This document shows, piece after piece, positions 16,767-25,073 of a stretch of DNA of 37,838 nt (position 1 is its first letter; the number at the start of each line of letters is the position of its first letter). The notes under the pieces are model-generated. The model saw only the letters and a program-made list of their open reading frames with translations, made no database searches and had not been told where the DNA came from. Position numbers and translations under genes: made by a program. The DNA comes from Erysipelothrix sp. (GTDB taxonomy: Bacteria > Bacillota_I > Bacilli_A > Erysipelotrichales > Erysipelotrichaceae), in assembly GCA_041811795.1 (NCBI GenBank), contig JBGXRX010000153.1:1-37838 (forward strand). Direction: 5' to 3'.

Positions 16767-18047
16767 CTAATTTCCTTTTTCTTCCGCTAGTAAACTATTA
16801 TCGTAAACTATGAAGAATGGAATATAAATGAGTGTTGCTACAACAATAAGTATAACACTTAGTACAGCTGCTCTCCAGTCATATCCTGTTGCCATCCATG
16901 CACCAATTGGTCCAGGCAGTGTCCAAGGAGCAATGAAGCTAACCTTATTAACAAATCCTAGGATTGTTGCAAACCAAGCGATTGTTCCTAAAATTAACGG
17001 TGCGAAAATGAATGGAATCATTAGTACCGGGTTCATAACAACTGGTGTACCAAACATAATTGGTTCGTTAATGTTGAATATTGCTGGAATAACTACAGTT
17101 TTTGAAAGTGATTTCGTAAATGCTGATCTTCCAGTGAAAATCATTGCGAATGCTAAACCGATTGTAGCTCCTGATCCACCAATATAGATAAACCATTGGA
17201 AGAAAGGCTCTGCAGCGATAGCTGTAGGTGCTTGACCTGTTTCGATTAATGCTTGGTTAATTTCAATTAAAGTAACCCAGATTGGACGAGCGATATTACC
17301 AACAATAGAAGCACCGTGGATTCCGAATACCCAGAAGAATGAGTTTAAGAATGTTTGTAGCATAACTGATAGATATGAATCAGCTGCTTTAACTAGTGGT
17401 GATACTAATGTAGTAATGAATGTATGCCAGTTAAATCCTAACCAGTATGTAATTGCACCAAAGAACAGTAAAATTACAGCAGTTGGGAATAAAGCTTCAA
17501 ATGAACGTGCTACTGAAGGTGGCACTTGCTCAGGCATTTTAATTGTAAGTCCTGATTTGATAACTAATCTGAAGATTTCAACTCCTAGGATTGAAGTAAT
17601 GATCGCAACGAACATTCCTCCACCACCAAGTTGTCCCATTGGGATTACCCATCCAGAAATTCCAGCATTTAAATCAGCTGCAACGTTGATTGGTGTAAAT
17701 GTTAGTAAGAATGATAGAATTGCAATAATTCCACCTGATAGTCCGTCTAAGTCATATGACTCAGATAGTGAGTAACCAATTCCGAATGTTGCATATAGAG
17801 CCATAATCCCCATTGACATACGGTATGGTAGAACAATTTTAGCTGCATTAGCAACTAAAAATTCTTGAATTGCCCAGTCTTTCGGTAATGGTAAGTTACC
17901 TCCGAACATTAAGAAGAATGATCCCATGATAATGATTGGTAAAGTAGCAACCATTCCATCACGAATCGCTCTAAGATGACGCTGTGAAGCAATCTTAGCC
18001 ATAGGAGCTGCGAATTTAGCTTCCATGAATTGTGATAATTTTTCCAT
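16767..18047 (-). CDS. PTS lactose/cellobiose-family IIC permease (CelB/ChbC-like)
   Basis: QRHLRAIRDG, IKMPEQVPPSVARSFEAL, FWVFGIHG, GGSGAT, FNINEPIMFG and PWTLP motifs. Confidence 0.93.
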   Translation of the reverse strand: MEKLSQFMEAKFAAPMAKIASQRHLRAIRDGMVATLPIIIMGSFFLMFGGNLPLPKDWAIQEFLVANAAKIVLPYRMSMGIMALYATFGIGYSLSESYDLDGLSGGIIAILSFLLTFTPINVAADLNAGISGWVIPMGQLGGGGMFVAIITSILGVEIFRLVIKSGLTIKMPEQVPPSVARSFEALFPTAVILLFFGAITYWLGFNWHTFITTLVSPLVKAADSYLSVMLQTFLNSFFWVFGIHGASIVGNIARPIWVTLIEINQALIETGQAPTAIAAEPFFQWFIYIGGSGATIGLAFAMIFTGRSAFTKSLSKTVVIPAIFNINEPIMFGTPVVMNPVLMIPFIFAPLILGTIAWFATILGFVNKVSFIAPWTLPGPIGAWMATGYDWRAAVLSVILIVVATLIYIPFFIVYDNSLLAEEKGN

Positions 18048-18079
18048 AAATCCTCCTCGATAGAATCTTATCTACATAC

Positions 18080-18108
18080 ATTTTACCCATTATTGTAAGC
18101 GATGTCAA
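18080..18108 (-). promoter_or_regulatory. Sigma-A promoter of PTS IIC with an overlapping cre (CcpA) site
   Basis: Minus strand TTGACA-N17-TAAAAT; TTGTAAGCGATGTCAA (18093-18108) fits the cre consensus WTGNAANCGNWNNCW. Confidence 0.82.
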
Positions 18109-18135
18109 TTTTATTTCGTGAATTAACCTGATAAA

Positions 18136-18152
18136 AAGAAACATATTTTCAT
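18136..18152. promoter_or_regulatory. Second GAAA-N5-TTTC motif (candidate MurR operator)
   Basis: aaGAAAcatatTTTCat, the same core as at the murQ promoter, about 30 nt upstream of the IIC -35. Confidence 0.5.
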
Positions 18153-18173
18153 CGTGATATTAAGCAAGTTAGT

Positions 18174-18199
18174 AAATAGCCACTTAATAGTGAGCTATT
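18174..18199 (-). terminator. Probable terminator after tatD
   Basis: Minus strand AATAGCTCACT-ATTA-AGTGGCTATT followed by TACT. Confidence 0.55.
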
Positions 18200-18216
18200 G
18201 ACATCTCACATGATAA

Positions 18217-18996
18217 TTAAATCTTTGTACTTTTATTGAATAAATTGTAGTAATTTTCGTTTATTTGTTCCTGAATAAGTGCTTTTCTGGATTTTTTGAG
18301 TTCAAGAATCTTTTCACCAACATACATAACAAATGATGGTTCATTCTTTTTACCGCGCTTTGGAACTGGTGCTAAATAAGGAGAATCCGTTTCCGTTAAA
18401 ACTCGATTGAGTGGTGTGATATCTAATACTTCTCTTACGTTTTCACCATTCTTAAATGTTAAAATACCACCAAAACCAAGATGGTAACCCATATCTAAAA
18501 AGGTCATCGCTTCAGATACTCCTTCACTAAAGCAATGTATTACCCCTTTATTATCAACAGGATATTTCTTTAAAGTTGTCATAGTATCCTCAGCTGAAGA
18601 TCTTAAATGGACAATTATTGGTAGTGATTTCTCGTTAGCAAATTGAATTTGCTTAATAAAATACTCCATTTGTAAAGATTTATAGGTCTCATCCCAATAG
18701 TAATCCAGGCCAATTTCACCAAGTGCAACTACTTTAGGGTGATCCAAGTATTTCATCATTGCTAAAAATTCTTCTTGTGATCTATCTTCTACTGTAGTGG
18801 GATGTACACCTACAGCAAGATCAAACATATCATCATCTTGAGTCAGCTCAATAGCTATTTCGATTTGCTTTAAAGATCCACAAATGATTAGGACCTTACG
18901 AACATTATTCTCTAAACTACGTTCTTTAAGTTCTTCAAAGAACTCTAACATACCTTCACTTACCATATGGCAGTGGGAATCAATCCAATATTCCAT
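18217..18996 (-). CDS. tatD: TatD-family metal-dependent nuclease
   Basis: IDSHCH, GVHP, GEIGLD, IHCF, ETDSPY and NEP motifs. Confidence 0.95.
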   Translation of the reverse strand: MEYWIDSHCHMVSEGMLEFFEELKERSLENNVRKVLIICGSLKQIEIAIELTQDDDMFDLAVGVHPTTVEDRSQEEFLAMMKYLDHPKVVALGEIGLDYYWDETYKSLQMEYFIKQIQFANEKSLPIIVHLRSSAEDTMTTLKKYPVDNKGVIHCFSEGVSEAMTFLDMGYHLGFGGILTFKNGENVREVLDITPLNRVLTETDSPYLAPVPKRGKKNEPSFVMYVGEKILELKKSRKALIQEQINENYYNLFNKSTKI

Positions 18997-19003
18997 GTTA
19001 CAC

Positions 19004-20338
19004 CTATTTTCCTAAGCAGAATCGAGCAAATATTTCATCAAGAATATTAATATCTTCTCTTAATTTAATTACTGCTGCTAATTCTGTATATGATTCATTT
19101 AAATCAATAATTACTAAATCCAATTCCATTCCAAACTCCATTGCAGAAATTGCTGACTGCATTGCTAAGTATGATTTCTGTACTTGAGCTATATGTCTTT
19201 CGTTGGATAGAGTCGGTCTTGATAGAGCAACTTTATGTTCCACATAACGTGCATTGATTTCGTTAATTAAATCATTAACATCATGATTGATGGCTGAAAC
19301 ATAAATTCCATCTTGTTTTTCATGTGCTAAATCTTCTTTGTTATAAACAATGATTCTCTCTTTATCTTTAGTTGCTTCTAGTAATGCTAAATCCTCATCG
19401 TCCATAGTTTTGCTCGCATCAAAAACTAAAATACATAATTCTGCTGTCTCTAAAGCTGCACGACTTTTCTCAATTCCTATTTTTTCAATTACATCACCAG
19501 TATCACGGAGACCTGCAGTATCAACTAAATGTAAAGCAACGTTTTCTAATTGAATCCACCCTTCAACAAGATCTCGAGTAGTCCCAGCAATATCAGTAAC
19601 GATTGCTTTATCTTCTTCAAGTAAGACGTTTAAGATACTTGATTTCCCAACATTTGGTTTACCTAGTATTACAGTCTTAACACCTTCTTTCAGAATTTTT
19701 CCAGATTTGGATTCTTTAAGGATTTTCTCAAGTGCAACTAGGAATCGTTTAGAATCTGGAAGTAGTGTTTCCTCAGTTAAAACATTAACATCATCATATT
19801 CTGGGTAATCAATATTAACTTCTATATTAGCAATGATTTGAATCAGTTCTTCCAGCAGTGGTTCTATTAGACTTTTAACACTTCCCTGTACTCCAGATAT
19901 TGCAATTTCTTGTGCGAATTCATTAGGTGCTGAAATTAATTCCATTACTGATTCGGCTTGCGATAAATCGATTCTTCCATTTAAGAATGCTCTTTGAGTA
20001 AACTCACCAGGTTGAGCAAGTCTAGCTCCCACTGATAATAGTAGAGATAGGATTTTCTTCGTAACTAAAACACCACCGTGGCAAGAAATTTCTACTACAT
20101 CTTCACGTGTATATGTTTTTGGAGCCCTGAAAACAGATGTCAACACTTCATCAATTACTTGTCCAGTGATAGGATCTGTAATGTGGCCATAAAGCACACT
20201 ATGACTCTCTGCTTTTTCCAAATCTCTAGTAAATACTTTATTTGCGATTTCAACCGCTTCTGATCCACTCAAACGTAGAACCGATATAGCACTCTCTTGA
20301 AGTGCAGTTATTATTGATACGATTGTATCTGTCATCAT
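19004..20338 (-). CDS. mnmE: tRNA U34 modification GTPase
   Basis: GEFTQRAFLNGRIDL, GKPNVGKSS, IAGTTRD, DTAG, NKED and C-terminal FCLGK motifs. Confidence 0.97.
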   Translation of the reverse strand: MMTDTIVSIITALQESAISVLRLSGSEAVEIANKVFTRDLEKAESHSVLYGHITDPITGQVIDEVLTSVFRAPKTYTREDVVEISCHGGVLVTKKILSLLLSVGARLAQPGEFTQRAFLNGRIDLSQAESVMELISAPNEFAQEIAISGVQGSVKSLIEPLLEELIQIIANIEVNIDYPEYDDVNVLTEETLLPDSKRFLVALEKILKESKSGKILKEGVKTVILGKPNVGKSSILNVLLEEDKAIVTDIAGTTRDLVEGWIQLENVALHLVDTAGLRDTGDVIEKIGIEKSRAALETAELCILVFDASKTMDDEDLALLEATKDKERIIVYNKEDLAHEKQDGIYVSAINHDVNDLINEINARYVEHKVALSRPTLSNERHIAQVQKSYLAMQSAISAMEFGMELDLVIIDLNESYTELAAVIKLREDINILDEIFARFCLGK

Positions 20339-20340
20339 AA

Positions 20341-20904
20341 TTAATTATCCTCCAGTAAATGAAGATGTGCTTCAATTACTTCTCTAACTCTTTGTTCAGC
20401 ATTACTTTGAATTTCAATAATACTCGCTCCCTGAAGCCTTGCGATGTATCTAAGTTCATCTGCAATACTAGTATATGATGAGGCACCGACAACGATAAAT
20501 AAATCATTTTGACTTAAACTAGTAACTTTATTAATTGCCAATTGATAATTTGGAGCTGGATCACCATATAAAACGGGTTGATTTTTGAGGCTGTGTGCAA
20601 TAGAAATTTCATCTCTTGAAGGTAGAACACCATGTAAAGCAATAACATCACTACCAGCTCTTTCATGCAAACCATCAATATTCATTGTAATTACAGGAAT
20701 CTCATATTCAACTAAAACGTTGTGCGCATCATTTGGTTGAGCCTGTTCTGAGACATCAAGTAAAGATTCAATCGTTTGTTTGTAGGATTGTGGATTCCTA
20801 TTTGCATAACTTCTATGTAATTTATCCCTCAAATCAGGTTGATCTAGAAAAGTATCAATACCTGAGGCTTTTGAAATTCCTGATCCTGAAAATACTAATA
20901 TCAT
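20341..20904 (-). CDS. Minimal Sir2/sirtuin-family NAD-dependent enzyme lacking the zinc module
   Basis: GSGISKASGIDTF, PNDAH, ITMNIDGLHERAG, LHG, VLYGD and VGAS motifs; 187 aa with no cysteine. Confidence 0.85.
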   Translation of the reverse strand: MILVFSGSGISKASGIDTFLDQPDLRDKLHRSYANRNPQSYKQTIESLLDVSEQAQPNDAHNVLVEYEIPVITMNIDGLHERAGSDVIALHGVLPSRDEISIAHSLKNQPVLYGDPAPNYQLAINKVTSLSQNDLFIVVGASSYTSIADELRYIARLQGASIIEIQSNAEQRVREVIEAHLHLLEDN

Positions 20905-20923
20905 AATCGTTTCCCCTCTCCAT

Positions 20924-20956
20924 AAAAAAATCCCTAAACCAAACTTGGTATAGGGA
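20924..20956 (-). terminator. Intrinsic terminator after spo0J/parB
   Basis: Minus strand TCCCTATACCA-AGTT-TGGTTTAGGGA followed by TTTTTTT. Confidence 0.78.
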
Positions 20957-20962
20957 ACTTAG

Positions 20963-21829
20963 TTACTGAATAATGTCTAAAATCTCTAATATTCGGTTTA
21001 AATCATCGCCATCTTGGAAATGCAATGATAACTTATTCTTATCAACGCTTACTCGAGTTTGTAGTTTCGTTTCCATTAGACCAATGATATAATCATAATC
21101 ATTATTAACTTCAGCTTTTTTAGCTTTCTCTTTAGTGTTTAGTGAAGCAACTAATTTTTCTGCTTCTCGCACACTTAATTTCTTATCAAATATTTCCTGG
21201 GAAATATCTATGATTGCTTTATCATCGTCCAAAGTGATCAATGGACGTACATGACCCATTGTTAATTTATTCTCAGCAACCATATTCTGAACTTTTTTAG
21301 GCAAGTTTAACAAGCGTAATAAGTTCGCAATATGACTTCTTGATTTATTAACTCTTTTTGAAAGGGAATCTTGCGTTAAATTGAGTCGGTCAATAAGTAA
21401 TTTATAACCATTAGCCTCTTCAATAACATTAAGGTTCTCTCTTTGAATATTTTCAATAATAGCGATTTCCATCATTTGCTCTTCATCAAAATCAACAACA
21501 ATTGCAGGAATTTCTTCCAACTCTGCTAACTTTGAAGCTCGTAAACGACGCTCACCAGCTACTAATTCATAACCTTGTGCTGTTTCTCTAACCAATATAG
21601 GTTGGAATAAACCATGTGTTTTAATTGATTGTGATAGTTCTTCTAACTTATCATCATCGAAGTGACGTCTGGGCTGGTATGGGTTTGCTTTGATATCACG
21701 AACTTTAAGACTAGTTTTAACCCCACCAAAATCATCACGATTTCCATGTTGAATTTCTTCAAGTACTGAAGAAACATCGTCACCGAAGATTGCACCTAAA
21801 CCTTTTCCAAGTCGTTTGTCATCTGCCAT
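20963..21829 (-). CDS. parB: Chromosome partitioning protein ParB/Spo0J
   Basis: LGKGLGAIF N-terminal peptide, NPYQPR, AGERRLRA, ENIQRE, KSRSHIAN and GH motifs. Confidence 0.95.
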   Translation of the reverse strand: MADDKRLGKGLGAIFGDDVSSVLEEIQHGNRDDFGGVKTSLKVRDIKANPYQPRRHFDDDKLEELSQSIKTHGLFQPILVRETAQGYELVAGERRLRASKLAELEEIPAIVVDFDEEQMMEIAIIENIQRENLNVIEEANGYKLLIDRLNLTQDSLSKRVNKSRSHIANLLRLLNLPKKVQNMVAENKLTMGHVRPLITLDDDKAIIDISQEIFDKKLSVREAEKLVASLNTKEKAKKAEVNNDYDYIIGLMETKLQTRVSVDKNKLSLHFQDGDDLNRILEILDIIQ

Positions 21830-21834
21830 ATCGC

Positions 21835-22611
21835 CTAACCTCTTTTCATATTTTGTTGTTTAACTTCTTTAGCTAAAGCCGCATAAGCTTTAGCACCTTC
21901 AGATTTCAAATCATATTCAAATATTGAATTCCCTCTTGATGGAGCTTCAGAGAGTTTGATATTACGCGGTATGTTACTCTTATAAACTCTTTCTTTGAAG
22001 TAACGACGAACTTCTTGTTGAACCTCAACACTCAGTCTTGTTCTTACATCAAACATAGTCAATACAACTCCTTCTATTTTTAGATCGGGGTTGAATAGTT
22101 TCTGTACTAATCGAATTGTAGATAACAACTGAGTTAATCCTTCAAGTGCGTAGTATTCACACTGTACAGGGATAATAACTGAATCAGCTGCTGTTAATGC
22201 ATTCGTATTAAGAAGTCCTAGTGAAGGTGGGCAATCAATTAATATGTAATCATATTGGTCTTTTACCTTCATGAGTTTGTTTTTTAATAGTCTTTCACGT
22301 CCCATTTTAAATTCAACCATTTCAAGATCAGCTCCGGCTAGATCTATTGTTGCTGGGATTAAATCCATGGGTGGAGTGTTAAGCTTCAGTCTTACATCTT
22401 CAACCTCTAAATCAGATAAAATTAAATCATAAGTACTGTTTTTGATATCTACTTTACTGGCCCCTACACCTTGTGATGCATTACCTTGAGGGTCCAAATC
22501 GATAAGTAGTACTTTCTCACCAAGATAAGCTAGACCTGCAGCTAGGTTGATACTTGTAGTTGTTTTTCCAACGCCACCTTTTTGGTTAGCGATTGCAATA
22601 ATCTTTCCCAT
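21835..22611 (-). CDS. parA: ParA/Soj ATPase
   Basis: NQKGGVGKTTT, DLDPQGN, DCPPSLG, QCEYYALEG and EAPS motifs. Confidence 0.96.
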   Translation of the reverse strand: MGKIIAIANQKGGVGKTTTSINLAAGLAYLGEKVLLIDLDPQGNASQGVGASKVDIKNSTYDLILSDLEVEDVRLKLNTPPMDLIPATIDLAGADLEMVEFKMGRERLLKNKLMKVKDQYDYILIDCPPSLGLLNTNALTAADSVIIPVQCEYYALEGLTQLLSTIRLVQKLFNPDLKIEGVVLTMFDVRTRLSVEVQQEVRRYFKERVYKSNIPRNIKLSEAPSRGNSIFEYDLKSEGAKAYAALAKEVKQQNMKRG

Positions 22612-22627
22612 TCATCCACTTCCTTCA

Positions 22628-23377
22628 TTATTTTTTAAATTTAATAGTAACAATTACCTCATCGTCAGTTTCATCGATATCTTGGTCGATACTCATCCCA
22701 AGTTTTTCTACCATTGTAACAGCTTGTTTAATGGTGTTAATTCCTATTTGGATATTTTTAGAATATCCTTTAGTAACTGGTTTGCGTTTTTTTGGTTTAT
22801 CGACTAATGTTTCAGTTTGCTTAACATTTAGTTTTTGTTTGATTACTTTATCAAGTATTATATCTGTCTGTTCTTTTTCGATTCCGACCATAGCGCGAGC
22901 ATGGCGTTCAGTAATAGCTTTAGTTGCTAAAGCTCCTAAAACGTTCTCAGGCAAATCAAGTAATCTAATTTTATTAGCAATTGATGATTGTGATTTACCA
23001 ATTTGTAATGCAAGTTCCTTTTGAGTTAAATTTTGAGTCTTCAAAATTTCCTTTAGCGCAATTGCTTCTTCAACAACATTAAGATCTTCTCGTTGAATAT
23101 TTTCAATTAGTGCTAAAGTTGCACTTTTAGAATCGTTTGCATTACTTAATACGACTGGAACATCAGTATAACCAATTGAAATCATAGCTCTATAACGACG
23201 TTCGCCAGCAATAATTTCAAATTGCTCACCAACTTGTCTAACAAGTATGGGTTGAATTAATCCATTCTCTTTAATTGAGTGTGCAAGCTCCAAAATTTTC
23301 TCATCATTAAATGTAGTTCTTGGTTGATAAGGGTTAGCAACAATCTTCTCTATAGGTATAATTCTTGTTTCAATCAT
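22628..23377 (-). CDS. noc: Noc-like ParB paralog (nucleoid occlusion protein family)
   Basis: NPYQPR, AGERR, GKSQSSIANKIRLL, ITERHAR and LNVKQTE are Noc-type signatures; lies between rsmG and soj. Confidence 0.82.
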   Translation of the reverse strand: MIETRIIPIEKIVANPYQPRTTFNDEKILELAHSIKENGLIQPILVRQVGEQFEIIAGERRYRAMISIGYTDVPVVLSNANDSKSATLALIENIQREDLNVVEEAIALKEILKTQNLTQKELALQIGKSQSSIANKIRLLDLPENVLGALATKAITERHARAMVGIEKEQTDIILDKVIKQKLNVKQTETLVDKPKKRKPVTKGYSKNIQIGINTIKQAVTMVEKLGMSIDQDIDETDDEVIVTIKFKK

Positions 23378-24087
23378 GATTGTCTCCCTGATAAAGGTGT
23401 CTTCTTTATTTTAGCATAATTACGAGGATATTTCTTGTGTGACTTAGCAGTTTTTACTACTTCTAGTATATATCTGTCACCTAAAATTGGATCTGTAAAA
23501 AAGCTTGATTTTTCAAACTCACCACTTAGTATTTTTATAGCTTTTTGAGATGCTTCAAGTTCCTCTAAACCTTTAGATCCCTTCATGGCAATAAATTTAC
23601 CACCAATTTTAACAAATGGTATACAAAGTTCAGCAAGTATATCCAGATAAGCTACTGCTCTTGCCGTAACGTAGTCAAAATGTTCTCTGTACTGATCGAT
23701 TATATCTTCAGCACGTTCGTTTACAACATCAACGTTGGTAATGTTTGCTTCTTGGCAAACTCTACTTAAAAAATTCGTTCTTTTTGTTGTCGGTTCAATA
23801 CAAGTAACTTTTAGATCAGGACGTGCAATTGCAAGTACTAGCCCAGGAAAGCCTGCACCACTACCAATATCTGCAATACTGCTGCCTTCTTCTAAAAATG
23901 AAGCAATAAGTAAAGAATCATAAAAATGCTTTAGATAGATACCTTCAGTATCATCTATAGCTGTCAGATTAAGCACCTTATTTACTTCCTGTATTAAGTC
24001 TTTGTACAAAGAAAATTGTTGTTTCATGGTCTCAGAAACAACAATTCCTAATTCACTAATAGCTTTATAAAACTCTAATTCGTTCAT
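23374..24087 (-). CDS. rsmG: 16S rRNA m7G527 methyltransferase (GidB)
   Basis: NLTAI, KHFYDSL, DIGSGAGFPG, RAE, ARAVA and YPR motifs. Confidence 0.96.
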   Translation of the reverse strand: MNELEFYKAISELGIVVSETMKQQFSLYKDLIQEVNKVLNLTAIDDTEGIYLKHFYDSLLIASFLEEGSSIADIGSGAGFPGLVLAIARPDLKVTCIEPTTKRTNFLSRVCQEANITNVDVVNERAEDIIDQYREHFDYVTARAVAYLDILAELCIPFVKIGGKFIAMKGSKGLEELEASQKAIKILSGEFEKSSFFTDPILGDRYILEVVKTAKSHKKYPRNYAKIKKTPLSGRQS

Positions 24088-24099
24088 AGATACTCCAAA

Positions 24100-25071
24100 C
24101 TAGAACTCAAAGAACATATCGATTCTGCGTCTTGCTGTTTCAGCAACTTTAACAACCTTAAGGCTATGTTCTAGTAGTTCGTGGCACGCTTGATAATCTT
24201 CCTTATCGTAGATTTCCTTGAAGCGTGAAACCTCATAACTTAATCGAGGTTGGTCTTGCATATTATACTCTATTTCACTGTCGCTTGTCACAAGATTCAC
24301 GACATCCATCGTACTAACTGAACCTTCTACAAGCATATGACCTAAAGTCCCTTGAATTTGTCCGAAGTTTCTTGAAGCACTGTCTTTGGCACCTACACAT
24401 TCAACGATAAAATCATCATACTTTAAAGTTACAATACCTGAAGTGTCAATTCCATTTTCATGTTGGTTTGCAAGATAGTTAATCTTTTTAGGAAGACCAA
24501 ATAGTCTAACAACAAAGTGTAAATTATAAATATTAATATCCGCTAATGCACCACCTGAAAATTTAGGGTTGAACACGTTTGGTGTTTCACCACTTTGAAG
24601 TGCGTCATAGCGTGAAGAATATTGAGAGAAATTACATTGAACAAGTTTAATATCCCCTAATTTACTTAGGTTTTCTTCAATGAATTCGAAGTTTGGCATA
24701 TGAATATTACAAATCGCTTCAAATAAGAACACGTTCTTTTCTTTAGCTTTTCGAACCATTTCATTTGCTTTTACTTCATTACCTGCAAAGGGTTTTTCAA
24801 CAATTACATGTTTTCCATGTTCCATCGCTAACATAGCTTGTTCATAATGAAGGCTATTTGGTGAGGCGATATATACAAAATCAATATCCGGGTCTTTAAC
24901 CATATCTTCAAGGTTAGTGTAAACCTTTCCTATATCAAAAGGTTTAGCAAAATTTAGGCCTCGTTCCTTATCACGAGAATAAACTGCCTCAAAGCTAACA
25001 CCTTCAATACTTAGTGCATCTTTAATAAATTGCTCAACGATAGAACCTGATCCAATTGTTGCTATGCGCAT
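24100..25071 (-). CDS. Gfo/Idh/MocA-family NAD(P)-dependent oxidoreductase
   Basis: IGSGSI Rossmann start, YIASPNSLH, VEKP, QYSSRY and GGALADINIY motifs. Confidence 0.9.
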   Translation of the reverse strand: MRIATIGSGSIVEQFIKDALSIEGVSFEAVYSRDKERGLNFAKPFDIGKVYTNLEDMVKDPDIDFVYIASPNSLHYEQAMLAMEHGKHVIVEKPFAGNEVKANEMVRKAKEKNVFLFEAICNIHMPNFEFIEENLSKLGDIKLVQCNFSQYSSRYDALQSGETPNVFNPKFSGGALADINIYNLHFVVRLFGLPKKINYLANQHENGIDTSGIVTLKYDDFIVECVGAKDSASRNFGQIQGTLGHMLVEGSVSTMDVVNLVTSDSEIEYNMQDQPRLSYEVSRFKEIYDKEDYQACHELLEHSLKVVKVAETARRRIDMFFEF

Positions 25072-25073
25072 AA

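Noticed and set aside
20341-20904. Sir2 as part of an anti-phage system (Thoeris, DSR, Sir2-HerA, pAgo)
   Set aside because: No TIR, HerA, Argonaute or other defence partner is nearby, and the motifs resemble classical sirtuins in a housekeeping operon.
21835-23377. parA plus two parB genes as a sign of a plasmid or ICE
   Set aside because: The rsmG-noc-soj-spo0J arrangement is the normal chromosomal Firmicute locus.
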